A stretch of DNA of 64,000 bases from sequence record NZ_CP010801.1. One strand, written 5' to 3'. The position numbers and the translations under genes are program-made. The notes under the pieces were generated by a model that saw nothing but the letters and a program-made list of their open reading frames with translations, ran no database searches and was not told where the DNA came from. The stretch is from a plasmid. This document shows positions 21,554-31,395 of this stretch, in pieces (position 1 is the stretch's first letter; every line of letters starts with the position of its first letter).

Positions 21554-24040
21554 ATGCCCCAAAACACGACATCTGAACTGCTGCCGTGGCTGTTCCTCGC
21601 CGATAACGCCGCGCGCGTTGTCACGTGCAAGGATTCCTCCCTGCTGTCCGCGTGGGACATGACCGGCATTGACATCGAGTCCAACGAGGTCGATGCGCTG
21701 GAGAACGCCGGCCTGCAGCTGGACGGCGCGCTGCGCCGCGTGGCCGAGGACGGCGCTACGGTCTGGGCGATCGTTGAGCGCGAGCAGGCCACAACGTACC
21801 CATCGGCGAGCTTTGATGTTGACGTGGCGGCGTACATCGACCAGCGCTGGCAGGAGCACCTGACCTCGACAAACCTGTACATCAACCGCCATACCCTGGC
21901 TGTCTCGATGCCTACCCGTGGCAATGCGGTGACACTGGGAGAGGCCGCTCGAGCATCCCTCGATGCCGGCCGAAGCTTGCCGCTGGCGCTCATCGATGCG
22001 CTCAAGACCAAATTCAAGCGCGGGCAGGAACTAGGTTTCTCGAACCGCGCCGACCTGGAACTCGCCCTGCGCCGTTTCGAGTCGACCATCGTGCCGGCCA
22101 TCGACCATGCGCTGCCCGATCTTGGCATGCGCCGCTTGGCAGGCGCGGATCTGCTGGGCTTCCTCAAGGCGTCGTTGTCGGTCAATCCGCGCGCTCCGGT
22201 GGCAGCCCATCCCGACGAATACCTGGACTCCCAGCTGTCGGATTCCTTCATCGACAACCGGTTTGCCGACTATCTGGTGATGGACGGCGTCAAGCGCCAG
22301 TACGTCGGTGTGTTCACACTGAAGACCGTGCCGCCAGCGAATTCGATGCAGGTACTCAACCCGCTTCTGGCGCTGCCCATGCGGCTGCGCATTGCCGCGG
22401 CGTGGCGATCCTATTCCGTCGCCGAAGCAGTGTCGTTCCTCGATTCGGCACGCACCTTCGACGAGATGCGTGCAATGGAGCTACGCAAGCTCGTCCGCAT
22501 GGCAGCAGCCCCGCAGGATGCGATCGACGGCGACGATACGCCCAAGACTAGCATCGGCGCCCAAGCCAAGGCGCTCAAGGACGATGCCAAGCGGCGTGTC
22601 GGGCGGTTCGGGGCGCTGGCAGCGTCCATCGCGGTCTACGCGGACACGCCCGACGAGTTGGAGCTCCGCATGGATATTGTCTCGCGTACGCTCGAGGCGT
22701 CGGGCATCGTCTTCATCCGCGAGAGGGAAGGCGCGCTTGCGGGCCTTTGCGTGGGCGTGCCGGGCAACGTACGCGATCCGGTGCGTTGGCACTTCGGCGA
22801 GGCTTCGAACATGACCGACGTGTCGCCCATCATTTCCCTTTTTTCCGGCAGCCAACATCACCCATCGATCGACGAGGACGGACAGCCAACACCGCCTAAC
22901 GCTACGCTGCGCTCGCGCTACGCGACGGTGCAATACTTCAACTACCACGTGGGGCAACTTGGCCACACGCTGCTTGTCGGCCCGTCTCGCAATGGCAAGA
23001 CGATGTTCCAGATGTTCCTGGAGGCGCAGTTCCTCAAGTACCGCAACAGCCGGATCTTCAACATCGACAAGGATCTGTCTTGCAAGCCGCAGACCCTGCT
23101 GCTCGACGGTGTGCACATCGATCTGGACCCGGCGCGCGGCAACGGCTTGCGCATGAACCCCGTGAGCATGGCCACGACCGAACACGGCCGTTCATGGCTC
23201 GTTGGCTGGCTGGACCGACTGCTCGGCCTGCGTGGCGACCAGTTGAGCACCCAGGATGTCAATGACCTGCACTCCGCCCTGGAGCGTGTCGGTGGCGTGA
23301 GTGGCGCGCGGCTCTCGACACTCATGTCGCAGCTGCCCTCACACCTACGCGCGCGGCTGCACCCGTGGGTGGAAGGCGGCGCCTACGGCCAGTATTTCGA
23401 CCATGCTGAGGATGAGTTCTCGATCTCGCGCATTACCACTACCGAGGTCGGATCGCTCCTGGCAGCCGGTTTGAACGATGTGGTCTCGGCGTACTCGGAA
23501 TACGCCTTCTACAGGATCGAGCGCTTCCTGATGGACCGTGAGGAAGACGAGCTCGGCCCGACGATGATCTATTTCGAAGAGGCTGGCTTCCTCCTGGACG
23601 ATCCTCGTTTTGCGGCCAAGGCGCGCGACTACCTGATGACGTTGGCCAAGAAGCGCGCATTTCTTGTCATGACGGCCCAGTCGCCCGAAACCTTCCTGCA
23701 TCAGCCTCAGCTGGCTGCCTCGATCCGCGACAACGTCGCCACGATTATCTTCCTGCCGAACCGCCTGGCCATCCGCCCGGAGCTCAGCAGCAAGTACCGG
23801 GAGGCATTCGGTCTGAACAACACCCAGATCGAACTCATCGCCGGCGCCGCGCCGCGCCGCGAATACTGCGTCTTCCAGCCGCAGACCGGTTTCTTCCGAG
23901 TGATGCAGGCACAGTTTCCACCCGAAATCGTCAACTGCCTGCGCAGTGACGTGCAGTCGCAATCGGTGCTTGAACGCACTTATGACCCCGCTGACCCCGC
24001 CTGGAAAGAGCGCTATCTCTCGGCGCTGGCAAACACCTGA
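21554..24040 (+). CDS. trbE: T4SS ATPase TrbE/VirB4
   Basis: 828 aa with Walker A GPSRNGKT and CagE/TrbE/VirB4 family conservation. Confidence 0.9.
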   Translation: MPQNTTSELLPWLFLADNAARVVTCKDSSLLSAWDMTGIDIESNEVDALENAGLQLDGALRRVAEDGATVWAIVEREQATTYPSASFDVDVAAYIDQRWQEHLTSTNLYINRHTLAVSMPTRGNAVTLGEAARASLDAGRSLPLALIDALKTKFKRGQELGFSNRADLELALRRFESTIVPAIDHALPDLGMRRLAGADLLGFLKASLSVNPRAPVAAHPDEYLDSQLSDSFIDNRFADYLVMDGVKRQYVGVFTLKTVPPANSMQVLNPLLALPMRLRIAAAWRSYSVAEAVSFLDSARTFDEMRAMELRKLVRMAAAPQDAIDGDDTPKTSIGAQAKALKDDAKRRVGRFGALAASIAVYADTPDELELRMDIVSRTLEASGIVFIREREGALAGLCVGVPGNVRDPVRWHFGEASNMTDVSPIISLFSGSQHHPSIDEDGQPTPPNATLRSRYATVQYFNYHVGQLGHTLLVGPSRNGKTMFQMFLEAQFLKYRNSRIFNIDKDLSCKPQTLLLDGVHIDLDPARGNGLRMNPVSMATTEHGRSWLVGWLDRLLGLRGDQLSTQDVNDLHSALERVGGVSGARLSTLMSQLPSHLRARLHPWVEGGAYGQYFDHAEDEFSISRITTTEVGSLLAAGLNDVVSAYSEYAFYRIERFLMDREEDELGPTMIYFEEAGFLLDDPRFAAKARDYLMTLAKKRAFLVMTAQSPETFLHQPQLAASIRDNVATIIFLPNRLAIRPELSSKYREAFGLNNTQIELIAGAAPRREYCVFQPQTGFFRVMQAQFPPEIVNCLRSDVQSQSVLERTYDPADPAWKERYLSALANT

Positions 24041-24050
24041 GGAGTACATC

Positions 24051-24851
24051 ATGCGCATGCGTAAAGCCGCTATCGCCCTTATCTCGCTGTTCGCCGCGGT
24101 CTCGCTAAACGCGCGCGCAGGTAGTGTCGCCGGCACCGGCGGCTCTACAGAAATCACGCAGTTGCTGAACCATGTTGAGCTCATAACGCAGTCATCCAAC
24201 ACGCTCAACACGGTGCGCAATACGCTGCAGTCGGCGATGTCTCTGCAGCAAAGCCTCCAGCAGTTGGACCCGTCGACCCTGGCGAACCTCTCTGGGCTGC
24301 CGATGGATCAGCTGAACCAGATGATGGGGCTGTACAGCCAGGTCAACAATACCTTGCAGGCCTACCAGTATCTGCAGTCGCAGATGCAGAGCTTTAAAGA
24401 CGGTGTGCAATACACCGGCATGAGCCCGATGCAGTACCTGAAGACGCAGGCCTACGCTGCCCAGCGCTTGGGCGGGGCGTACCAGACCATTTACCAGGGC
24501 GAAATGAGCGCGTTGCAGAACGCAAACCAGCAGCAAACGGCGCTCCAGCAGTCGGTTGCCGCAATACCTGGCGTAACCGGTCAGGTCCAAGGACTGCAGC
24601 AGGTGCTCTCTCTTGGCGCGCAGCAACAAGCAACGAATCTGCAAGTCCTGCGTGAGATGCAGCTGGCCAACACCATGGCCTCGATGAAAGCCCAGAACGA
24701 CGCCAACGACATGCAGGCGAGGGCTACCGCCGCACAGACCAAATACCAAAACTTCGTTCAATCGCGACAAGCCGCAGCACAGCAATCTGCGCAGGATCTG
24801 CAATTGCCCGATCCGACCCAGATCAACCTCACCGGGGCAAACAAGCTGTGA
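24051..24851 (+). CDS. trbJ: TrbJ/VirB5-like secreted coiled-coil protein
   Basis: 266 aa from the internal ATG (MRMRKAAIALISLFAAVSLNARA...). It has a signal peptide and a Q/L-rich coiled coil, and sits where trbJ is expected. Confidence 0.65.
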   Translation: MRMRKAAIALISLFAAVSLNARAGSVAGTGGSTEITQLLNHVELITQSSNTLNTVRNTLQSAMSLQQSLQQLDPSTLANLSGLPMDQLNQMMGLYSQVNNTLQAYQYLQSQMQSFKDGVQYTGMSPMQYLKTQAYAAQRLGGAYQTIYQGEMSALQNANQQQTALQQSVAAIPGVTGQVQGLQQVLSLGAQQQATNLQVLREMQLANTMASMKAQNDANDMQARATAAQTKYQNFVQSRQAAAQQSAQDLQLPDPTQINLTGANKL

Positions 24852-25147
24852 GAGGACCGGAAAAGGTCGCGGTCGGCTGGCTATGCCGTACGACGCATGA
24901 GGCAAAAGTGGTCCTGCGGGCGGCCCGCCAAGCCGCCATACAGATCGAGGCAGGCGGCAGCGAGGACCGCACGATCCGCTTCTATGAGAAGCGCGGAAAG
25001 CGGCGCAAGGAGTCATTGCGCCTCGCGCTCGCCTATTTGGCACTGCGCGAGCTTTACCTTCGACCGGCTTTTTGGCTGGTTGTGATTTTGGGAGCGATCA
25101 CGCTGTACGGCGTCGCGATCGCTTTCGGTCTGCGTCACCTGTTTTGA
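24848..25147 (+). CDS. small protein at the trbK position (possible entry-exclusion-like), hypothetical
   Basis: 99 aa with a GTG start overlapping the trbJ stop and a C-terminal TM helix. It has no lipobox. Confidence 0.35.
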   Translation: MRGPEKVAVGWLCRTTHEAKVVLRAARQAAIQIEAGGSEDRTIRFYEKRGKRRKESLRLALAYLALRELYLRPAFWLVVILGAITLYGVAIAFGLRHLF

Positions 25148-25156
25148 GGGATTCGA

Positions 25157-26770
25157 ATGTCTGCGATTGCAAACTGGAGTAGTTTGGCGACGCTACTGTC
25201 CGGAGTGTTCGATCAGGCCAGCAGCATGTCAACGACGCTCGTTGGCCTGGGCAAAACCATGCTGGCGATCGCCTTCCTGCTGCCGCTGCTATCGGCGCTT
25301 CTGGCCTTCTGGGTCAAAGGTGGCGCGCAAGACTTTCTGGCATCCACGATTCGCCTCCTGCTGGTTGCGTCGATTCCCCTGGCGGCATTGGCTAGTTGGC
25401 AATCTACAGCCTCGACCCTATCGAATTTCTTCCAGCAGGAAATCCCGAGTGCGCTCGGCTACGGCGGTGGAACCGACGTCGTGAAAACGGCGGTCGCGAG
25501 CTTGTTAAATGCCGCGAACAGCGTCGGATCGTCTACCGACAGCGGAACAGGCACGTCCGACGCGACCACTGCGACTACAAACGCCGATCCGATCTTCGCC
25601 GGCGACCCGCTGATTACGTTGCCCGCCAACGATGGCAACGCCCAAACGCCGCCTAAGACGGCGCCGAGCGCGGCGTCATCCATCTTTGACCTGGGCGGGT
25701 TGTTGACCAACCTGTTCTTGCGAGCGCTGAGCATCTTCCTGATTGACTTGCCGGCTCTCATCCTGTCACTGGCCGCCATGCTCACGATCTATGGGACGCT
25801 GCTGATGATGTCCATTGGCATCATCTTCGGGCCGATTCTGATTGCCTGGCTGCCGTGGGAGCCACTGTCCTCACTGGCAACCAACTGGCTCAAATACATG
25901 CTCTCCGCCGGGATGGGCTTCGCCGTGGCGATTGTGTTCCTGAAGCTGAGCAACAACATGATTGCTGGACTCGCCAGCAACATGCAGAGCCTGCACAGCA
26001 TGCAGGGCGCCACGTTGGCAGGCGCCATCCAGCAGATGTTTGTCACCGGCCTCGGCCTTCTCTTCCTCGCTTTCATGGTGTTCAAGGCTGAACATCTCGG
26101 CGCGGCGCTGATTGGCGGGCCGCATATCGGTGGTGGCGGCTTCCTCGCCGGCGCGGCAATGGGCGGAGCCCTGCGTGCAATGCGCGGCGGTGGAAAGAAA
26201 AACAATGGTGACAAGGAAGGCGGAAGCAATCAGTCCGCAGGTGGAGCTCCCGGTGGCGGCAGCGGTGGATCTGGCGGCGGGGGAGCGGCCGGCGCAGGTG
26301 GCGCAGCCTCGAGCAGTTCGGCGAACCTGTCGAATCAGGCAGGCGCGGTCTCGGCCACGAATGTTTCAGGAGCCGCCGGCGCAGCCGTCGCAGCTGGCGG
26401 GGCAATGGCTGGCAACACTGCCGCAGGCGCAGCGGGGGCTGGCAGTTTTGGTAGCACGGCAAAGGCTGTCGGGGGGGCGGCCGCCAAGGATGGCAGCAAG
26501 GCACTCGGCAAAGCGGCCGTTAAAACCGCACTCGCCGCGGCAGCCATCGCTGGCGGGCCGGCAACCGCCGCCGCAGTCGTTGGTGGCGCGGTTTCAATGA
26601 AGGCCGGGCGAAAGTACCTGAAGAACGTGCATACGCGCCTACAGCAGGGAGGGGCAGCACCGTCAGCCACTCAGTCCGGTTCGGCCGCTGCGCCTGTCAG
26701 CCTCCCCAAGACCGGCCAGGGTGCAAAGGTCAACCAACCGGCTGCGAACGACGGCGAGGCCAATTCGTGA
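25157..26770 (+). CDS. trbL: T4SS protein TrbL/VirB6 with a Gly/Ala-rich C-terminal tail
   Basis: 537 aa with multiple TM helices and a long GGxGGAAGAGGA low-complexity C-terminus, as in TrbL of Tn4371-type elements. Confidence 0.8.
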   Translation: MSAIANWSSLATLLSGVFDQASSMSTTLVGLGKTMLAIAFLLPLLSALLAFWVKGGAQDFLASTIRLLLVASIPLAALASWQSTASTLSNFFQQEIPSALGYGGGTDVVKTAVASLLNAANSVGSSTDSGTGTSDATTATTNADPIFAGDPLITLPANDGNAQTPPKTAPSAASSIFDLGGLLTNLFLRALSIFLIDLPALILSLAAMLTIYGTLLMMSIGIIFGPILIAWLPWEPLSSLATNWLKYMLSAGMGFAVAIVFLKLSNNMIAGLASNMQSLHSMQGATLAGAIQQMFVTGLGLLFLAFMVFKAEHLGAALIGGPHIGGGGFLAGAAMGGALRAMRGGGKKNNGDKEGGSNQSAGGAPGGGSGGSGGGGAAGAGGAASSSSANLSNQAGAVSATNVSGAAGAAVAAGGAMAGNTAAGAAGAGSFGSTAKAVGGAAAKDGSKALGKAAVKTALAAAAIAGGPATAAAVVGGAVSMKAGRKYLKNVHTRLQQGGAAPSATQSGSAAAPVSLPKTGQGAKVNQPAANDGEANS

Positions 26771-26802
26771 TGGCGCGCGCGCAGGGCGTCGCTGTCAAGC
26801 GA

Positions 26803-27294
26803 TTAAGTGCGGCGGTCGGCCATCAGGTGCGCGCCAGCGCTCGACACTTTCTCGGCGGCACGCAGGATGTAGTAGCTGACAACGGCAAGCAGGAACATGC
26901 CGAACACGCCCATGACAAAAATCGACTGGACCATCTCGCTCAGTGTGTTCGGCTTGGGTGCATGGCGCGCAAGGCCGATGTAGCCGCACACGATGGCCAA
27001 CCCCGCAAGCATGATGAGGCGTCGCACCAGACTGCCCGCGCGCGTCTGCATAGGGGTCGCGAAAGACGCCATGACCAGGAACATGGTCGCACCCGTGAAA
27101 AGGGCGCCCACGACCAACCACGGCGAGTGCTTTTCATTGGCCAGAAAGAGGTCGGCGAGCGGGCCGACGGTCAGGGCCAGCGGCAAGGCGCACGCAAGTG
27201 CAAAGCCGCCCGCATCGGAGAGCGCGGTGCCGATGGTTTCCAGAAATTCCCGGTGCAACAAGGCTCGCATGCGATGTTGGCTCGGATGGTTCAT
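26803..27294 (-). CDS. membrane protein (4 TM), hypothetical, opposite strand inside the trb operon
   Basis: 163 aa with clean hydrophobic helices. The overlapping plus-strand ORF is Arg-rich and looks like an antisense artifact. Confidence 0.5.
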   Translation of the reverse strand: MNHPSQHRMRALLHREFLETIGTALSDAGGFALACALPLALTVGPLADLFLANEKHSPWLVVGALFTGATMFLVMASFATPMQTRAGSLVRRLIMLAGLAIVCGYIGLARHAPKPNTLSEMVQSIFVMGVFGMFLLAVVSYYILRAAEKVSSAGAHLMADRRT

Positions 27295-27455
27295 GGCTCA
27301 GTTTCCTTTCGTTATGTAGCAACCATGTTGATCTACGATGTGTTGCGCGAGTTAATACTAGCACACCGTCCTAAGATGGTTGTCATCGCTCGGCGAGCGA
27401 CCCGACGCCGTTGCGAGCGCGCCGCACCGATTCTTTGAGACTTGAGGAGTTATCT

Positions 27456-28250
27456 ATGCGTGTTTTTTTTGGCAACAAGAAGACGAAGGCGTCGCCTGGC
27501 AACAATGCCGGCCGTAATGCAGGCAACGTCGTCGACATTGAGCCCGTATTGTCGCGGAAAGAAGCCGAAGCGAAGCCCGCTCTCGGCGATCTCTCGCCGA
27601 TGTCCTCTGTGGCAAGAGCAGAGTTCGACATGAGGGAAACGCTCCTGGGCGTTAATCGCCGACTGCAGCGCGCAGTCATCCTGTCCTGCGGCGCTGCGCT
27701 TACCGCGTCTGCCGCACTCATGTTGGCCATGCCTCTGAAGAAGGTGGTTCCATACGTCGTCAACGTAAACACTACGACGGGCGAGGTAACGGCACCGCGG
27801 CAGCAGATGTCGGAGCATTTCGAGCCCGCCTGGGCCAATGAGTCGTTCTTCGTGCGGCGCTGGATCGAAGACATGCTGACCATCAACCAGCACACGACGG
27901 TCAACATCAATGCACCGCGCGCTCAGGAATTCCTACGCGGATCTACTGCAATTGCCGAGTACCAAAACTTCCGCGCCAGCGACCACACGTTCGAGCGGAT
28001 GGCTGCGGACACCAATATGGTGCGTACCATCAAGATCGAAAACTTTACGCCCATTGCCGGTACGAAGAATGGCGCGGTAGCCAATGTGACGCTGACGACG
28101 ATCGCTGGCGGCATGACTAAATCCAGCAACATCCTCTTGACCGTCTACTGGGTCATCCTTCCGCCGCAAGGGCCGGAGGACATCGATCGCAATCCGATCG
28201 GCTTGTACATCACGGATTTCAAGGTTTCCGGTAATACCAGTGGCGGTTGA
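27456..28250 (+). CDS. trbF: T4SS protein TrbF/VirB8
   Basis: Starts at the ATG preceded by GAGGAGT. It has an N-terminal TM segment and a VirB8-like periplasmic NTF2-fold region. Confidence 0.8.
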   Translation: MRVFFGNKKTKASPGNNAGRNAGNVVDIEPVLSRKEAEAKPALGDLSPMSSVARAEFDMRETLLGVNRRLQRAVILSCGAALTASAALMLAMPLKKVVPYVVNVNTTTGEVTAPRQQMSEHFEPAWANESFFVRRWIEDMLTINQHTTVNINAPRAQEFLRGSTAIAEYQNFRASDHTFERMAADTNMVRTIKIENFTPIAGTKNGAVANVTLTTIAGGMTKSSNILLTVYWVILPPQGPEDIDRNPIGLYITDFKVSGNTSGG

Positions 28251-28273
28251 TTTTTTCTACGAGAAATCATAGG

Positions 28274-29227
28274 ATGCGCAACACAACAGAAAACACCCAA
28301 AGCGAGCCGCTCGCCATGGCATCAGATTCCCTTCTTCGATTTGCCCGCTGTGCGGTAGGTACGCTGATGATCTCGGCATGCCTGCCCGCTATGGCCGTGC
28401 CGCCAGAGCACTTGTTTGGCTCACCGGACGTCAATACGGTCACTGTGCCGACTGATGGCTCGATAGCCACCGTGAATCAAGTGCCCGAAGCTGTACGCAA
28501 GGCCCAACAGATGGTTGCCAGCGTTACGGCGCAACAGGCCGGCGGCGCGAAGGTGGTCACATTGCCGTTCCACGCTCAGGAGACGTTCGCGATCCCGATC
28601 CGCCCTGGGATGTTCACGACGATCTCTTTCCCGAAGGACGAGCCGGTCCAGCAGATTGCCGTCAGCACTCCTGCAGCCGTACAGCTGCAAGTGAACGCCA
28701 CCGCAAACATCGCGATGCTGAAGTTGGTGCAACCGATGGTCGTGACCGCAACAGCAGTGACCAGCAAGCACATCTACTACCTGCGCATCGAGCCAGCACA
28801 AGGCGAGTGGTATCAGGGCGTCAGCTGGGCGTTCGACAACGAGCAGTTCGGTGCGAGCTCTATGGGCGGGGGGTTGTATGTAGCGCCGTCGGCGGCGGCC
28901 AACACCCCAGCAGCGAGCACCGACACCGGCGCATCAGATTTGGGTGGCCTCTACAACGGCGCTCCCAATTTCAACTACCGCATCGCTGGCGACGCGGCAT
29001 TCAAGCCCACAGCAGTATGGGACAACGGCCGCTTTACCTGGGTGCAGTTCGCCAACAACATTCAAGAGTTGCCGGCTCTGTTTGCGGATGGCCCCAACGG
29101 GCTTGAAATCGTGAACTACACCGTGCACAACCATGGCTCGCAAATCCTGGTCAACCGACTGATGGACAAGTTCGTCCTCAAGCTTGGCAAGGTCGAGACT
29201 ACGGTAACGGCCCAGGGAGCGCGCTGA
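28274..29227 (+). CDS. trbG: T4SS protein TrbG/VirB9
   Basis: Has a signal peptide and VirB9/CagX family conservation. An alternative TTG start at 28247 overlaps the trbF stop. Confidence 0.85.
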   Translation: MRNTTENTQSEPLAMASDSLLRFARCAVGTLMISACLPAMAVPPEHLFGSPDVNTVTVPTDGSIATVNQVPEAVRKAQQMVASVTAQQAGGAKVVTLPFHAQETFAIPIRPGMFTTISFPKDEPVQQIAVSTPAAVQLQVNATANIAMLKLVQPMVVTATAVTSKHIYYLRIEPAQGEWYQGVSWAFDNEQFGASSMGGGLYVAPSAAANTPAASTDTGASDLGGLYNGAPNFNYRIAGDAAFKPTAVWDNGRFTWVQFANNIQELPALFADGPNGLEIVNYTVHNHGSQILVNRLMDKFVLKLGKVETTVTAQGAR

Positions 29228-30579
29228 TGGCCGAATTGGCGCGTCCGAAGCTGTCACGCAATCTGGCCATGATTGTCGGGCTGTCCATGATCGCTCTCTT
29301 CGCGGTCATCCTCCTAGTGGCCAAGGGATCCGATTTTGGCCAGAGTGCCGTCGATGCGAAGCGGGCCGCCCAGCAGCAACAGGACGAGGCGAAAAAGCTC
29401 CAGACGAAGATCGAGAATCCGAACGAAGCAACGCTGGCGGAATACACGCGCGCAAAAGCTGCCATCGCGAACGCAGCCTCAACGCCCGCAGCTGTCGACC
29501 CTGGCAATGCAGCATCGTCTCCCAACGTTCCGGCTGGCATGCCGAGCGTACCGCCTGTGTCGCAATACGATTTGGAGCGCCTCGAGCGTGCGCAGAAGGC
29601 CATTGAAGCAGGCCGCAACAAACACGACTCCGACGGCGGGGTCGATACAGGCAGCAACGCCGCCGGCGATCATCAATCCGCCAAGCCGAGTTTCGTTATG
29701 TACCAGGCCGGGTCGGGCAAGGAACAGCAGGTGCAAAGCGGCGCGAACCCGCTCAACGCAGGAGACTCGGGCAACAAGGGGGAGCGTTTCAACCAAGCAT
29801 TCGCACAACAGGACCCCAACTACGATCCACGACTGATCGCTGAAAAGCAGCGGCTTGCGCAATACGCGCAGGCGCAAGGCTCCGGTGACGCAAGCAAGTC
29901 TGCGGCTGCGGGCCTCGATGCGAACAGCAAGTGGTTGTTCGCAACGCAAAGCGCCGAGGTCAAGCCAGCTGCCGCCATCATCGCTCAGCAGGCCAAGGGG
30001 CTTTACTGGCTGGCGCCGGGCACGGCAATCAGCGCGGTGCTGCTCAATGCGGTCGACACGAAGCTGCCAGGTCAACTCGTGGCGCGCGTTACGCAAAACA
30101 TATACGACTCGCGCTACGGCCGGTATCTGGTGATTCCCGCTGGGTCGACGCTGCAGGGCAAGTACAACTCCTCAGTCCAAGAGGGGCAGGACCGGGTACT
30201 CATGGTGTTCGACACGCTCGTTACGCCCGCCGGTGGAATGGTGCCGCTGGGAAATATGAGTGCCGCGGATGCCCTTGGGCGTGCCGGCCTCGAAGGCGAC
30301 CTGCACACGCACTTTTTTGAGCGTATGGGCATCGCGACGCTACTCGCACTCGAAGCCGTGGGCATGGACAAGATCTCGCCAAATCAGAGCTCGACGAGCT
30401 TCGGCGGCACCACCACTTCGCCCGCAGTGAATGGCGCGCAGATCATCACGAACACTGCCAATCAGGAATTGCAGCATCGCTATAACGTCGCCCCCAACAT
30501 CACGATGCCCGAGGGCGCCAAGATGACCATCATCACGACGGGTGCCATTGAGGTTCCCCCTATCGCCAATACAAGGTAA
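29227..30579 (+). CDS. trbI: T4SS protein TrbI/VirB10
   Basis: 450 aa with an N-terminal TM segment, a Pro/Ala-rich linker and a VirB10 C-terminal domain. Its start overlaps the trbG stop (ATGA). Confidence 0.85.
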   Translation: MAELARPKLSRNLAMIVGLSMIALFAVILLVAKGSDFGQSAVDAKRAAQQQQDEAKKLQTKIENPNEATLAEYTRAKAAIANAASTPAAVDPGNAASSPNVPAGMPSVPPVSQYDLERLERAQKAIEAGRNKHDSDGGVDTGSNAAGDHQSAKPSFVMYQAGSGKEQQVQSGANPLNAGDSGNKGERFNQAFAQQDPNYDPRLIAEKQRLAQYAQAQGSGDASKSAAAGLDANSKWLFATQSAEVKPAAAIIAQQAKGLYWLAPGTAISAVLLNAVDTKLPGQLVARVTQNIYDSRYGRYLVIPAGSTLQGKYNSSVQEGQDRVLMVFDTLVTPAGGMVPLGNMSAADALGRAGLEGDLHTHFFERMGIATLLALEAVGMDKISPNQSSTSFGGTTTSPAVNGAQIITNTANQELQHRYNVAPNITMPEGAKMTIITTGAIEVPPIANTR

Positions 30580-30582
30580 GCC

Positions 30583-31395
30583 ATGCAACGTTTTTCGCGT
30601 CTTGCCATTGCCGCCACCTGCACGCTGCTCACGCTCGCGGGATGTGCGACCAATCCTGCGTCTGGCAATCCTGAAGTTCAGGATCGCCCGGCGGCAACCT
30701 CCGTCGATGTGGGGGTGGACTGGGCATGGAGCATCGCTGGCGATGCCGCCGTGCGCCCGCTGCAAGTCTTCAGTCTGCAGGGAAAGACCTATTTGCAGAT
30801 GCGCCCGGGGCAGATGCTGCCGGCGATCTTAGCTGAAGGCCAACCGCTGCCATTCACCATCAACGCGCCTTATATCGTGGTGCAGCAGACTCCCGAACAC
30901 ATGGACATCGTAGCCAACGGCTATCGCGCCGTTGTCGTCCACGCAAAGCAGCGCCAGACCATCCGGCAGGGCCCGGTCATGCCCGATCCGAAGGCGTCGC
31001 GTGTGCAGCGCGTGAGTGTTGAGGATGCAGGGAAAGACGAGACGCCGATAGCACACTCCGTCACGCCTTTGTTCGAAGCGCCTGCGCAGAGCACCGCCGA
31101 CAGCGATCTCGCGCCAATGGAACGAGACAAGAGTTGGCCGGTCGAGGCATCCAAAGCAAAGCTGTCTCGTGTCATCGCTGCGTGGGGCAAGCGTTCCCAC
31201 GTGGCCGTGCGCTGGAACTCGCGTGCGGACGTGCCGGTTCGGGCATCGGGCGAATTCAGGGCAAGCAATGTGTATGTAGCGGTCGCCAAGGCGCTCCGGG
31301 CCGCAAGCGCCAAGGGATGGACCTTCGCAATGAGCGTCGAATCGGACGGCTCGATTGTGGTCAATGGATACCAACAGGGGAGTGATGCGGCATGA
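30583..31395 (+). CDS. pilus-biogenesis lipoprotein (PilL/TcpQ-like domain)
   Basis: 270 aa with lipobox LTLAGC. Its C-terminal domain resembles the TcpQ/PilL family of type IVb pilus clusters. Confidence 0.55.
   Translation: MQRFSRLAIAATCTLLTLAGCATNPASGNPEVQDRPAATSVDVGVDWAWSIAGDAAVRPLQVFSLQGKTYLQMRPGQMLPAILAEGQPLPFTINAPYIVVQQTPEHMDIVANGYRAVVVHAKQRQTIRQGPVMPDPKASRVQRVSVEDAGKDETPIAHSVTPLFEAPAQSTADSDLAPMERDKSWPVEASKAKLSRVIAAWGKRSHVAVRWNSRADVPVRASGEFRASNVYVAVAKALRAASAKGWTFAMSVESDGSIVVNGYQQGSDAA

Noticed and set aside
26767-27438. 223-aa plus-strand ORF between trbL and trbF
   Set aside because: Arg/His/Gln-rich composition. The opposite-strand ORF encodes a clean 4-TM membrane protein and was preferred.
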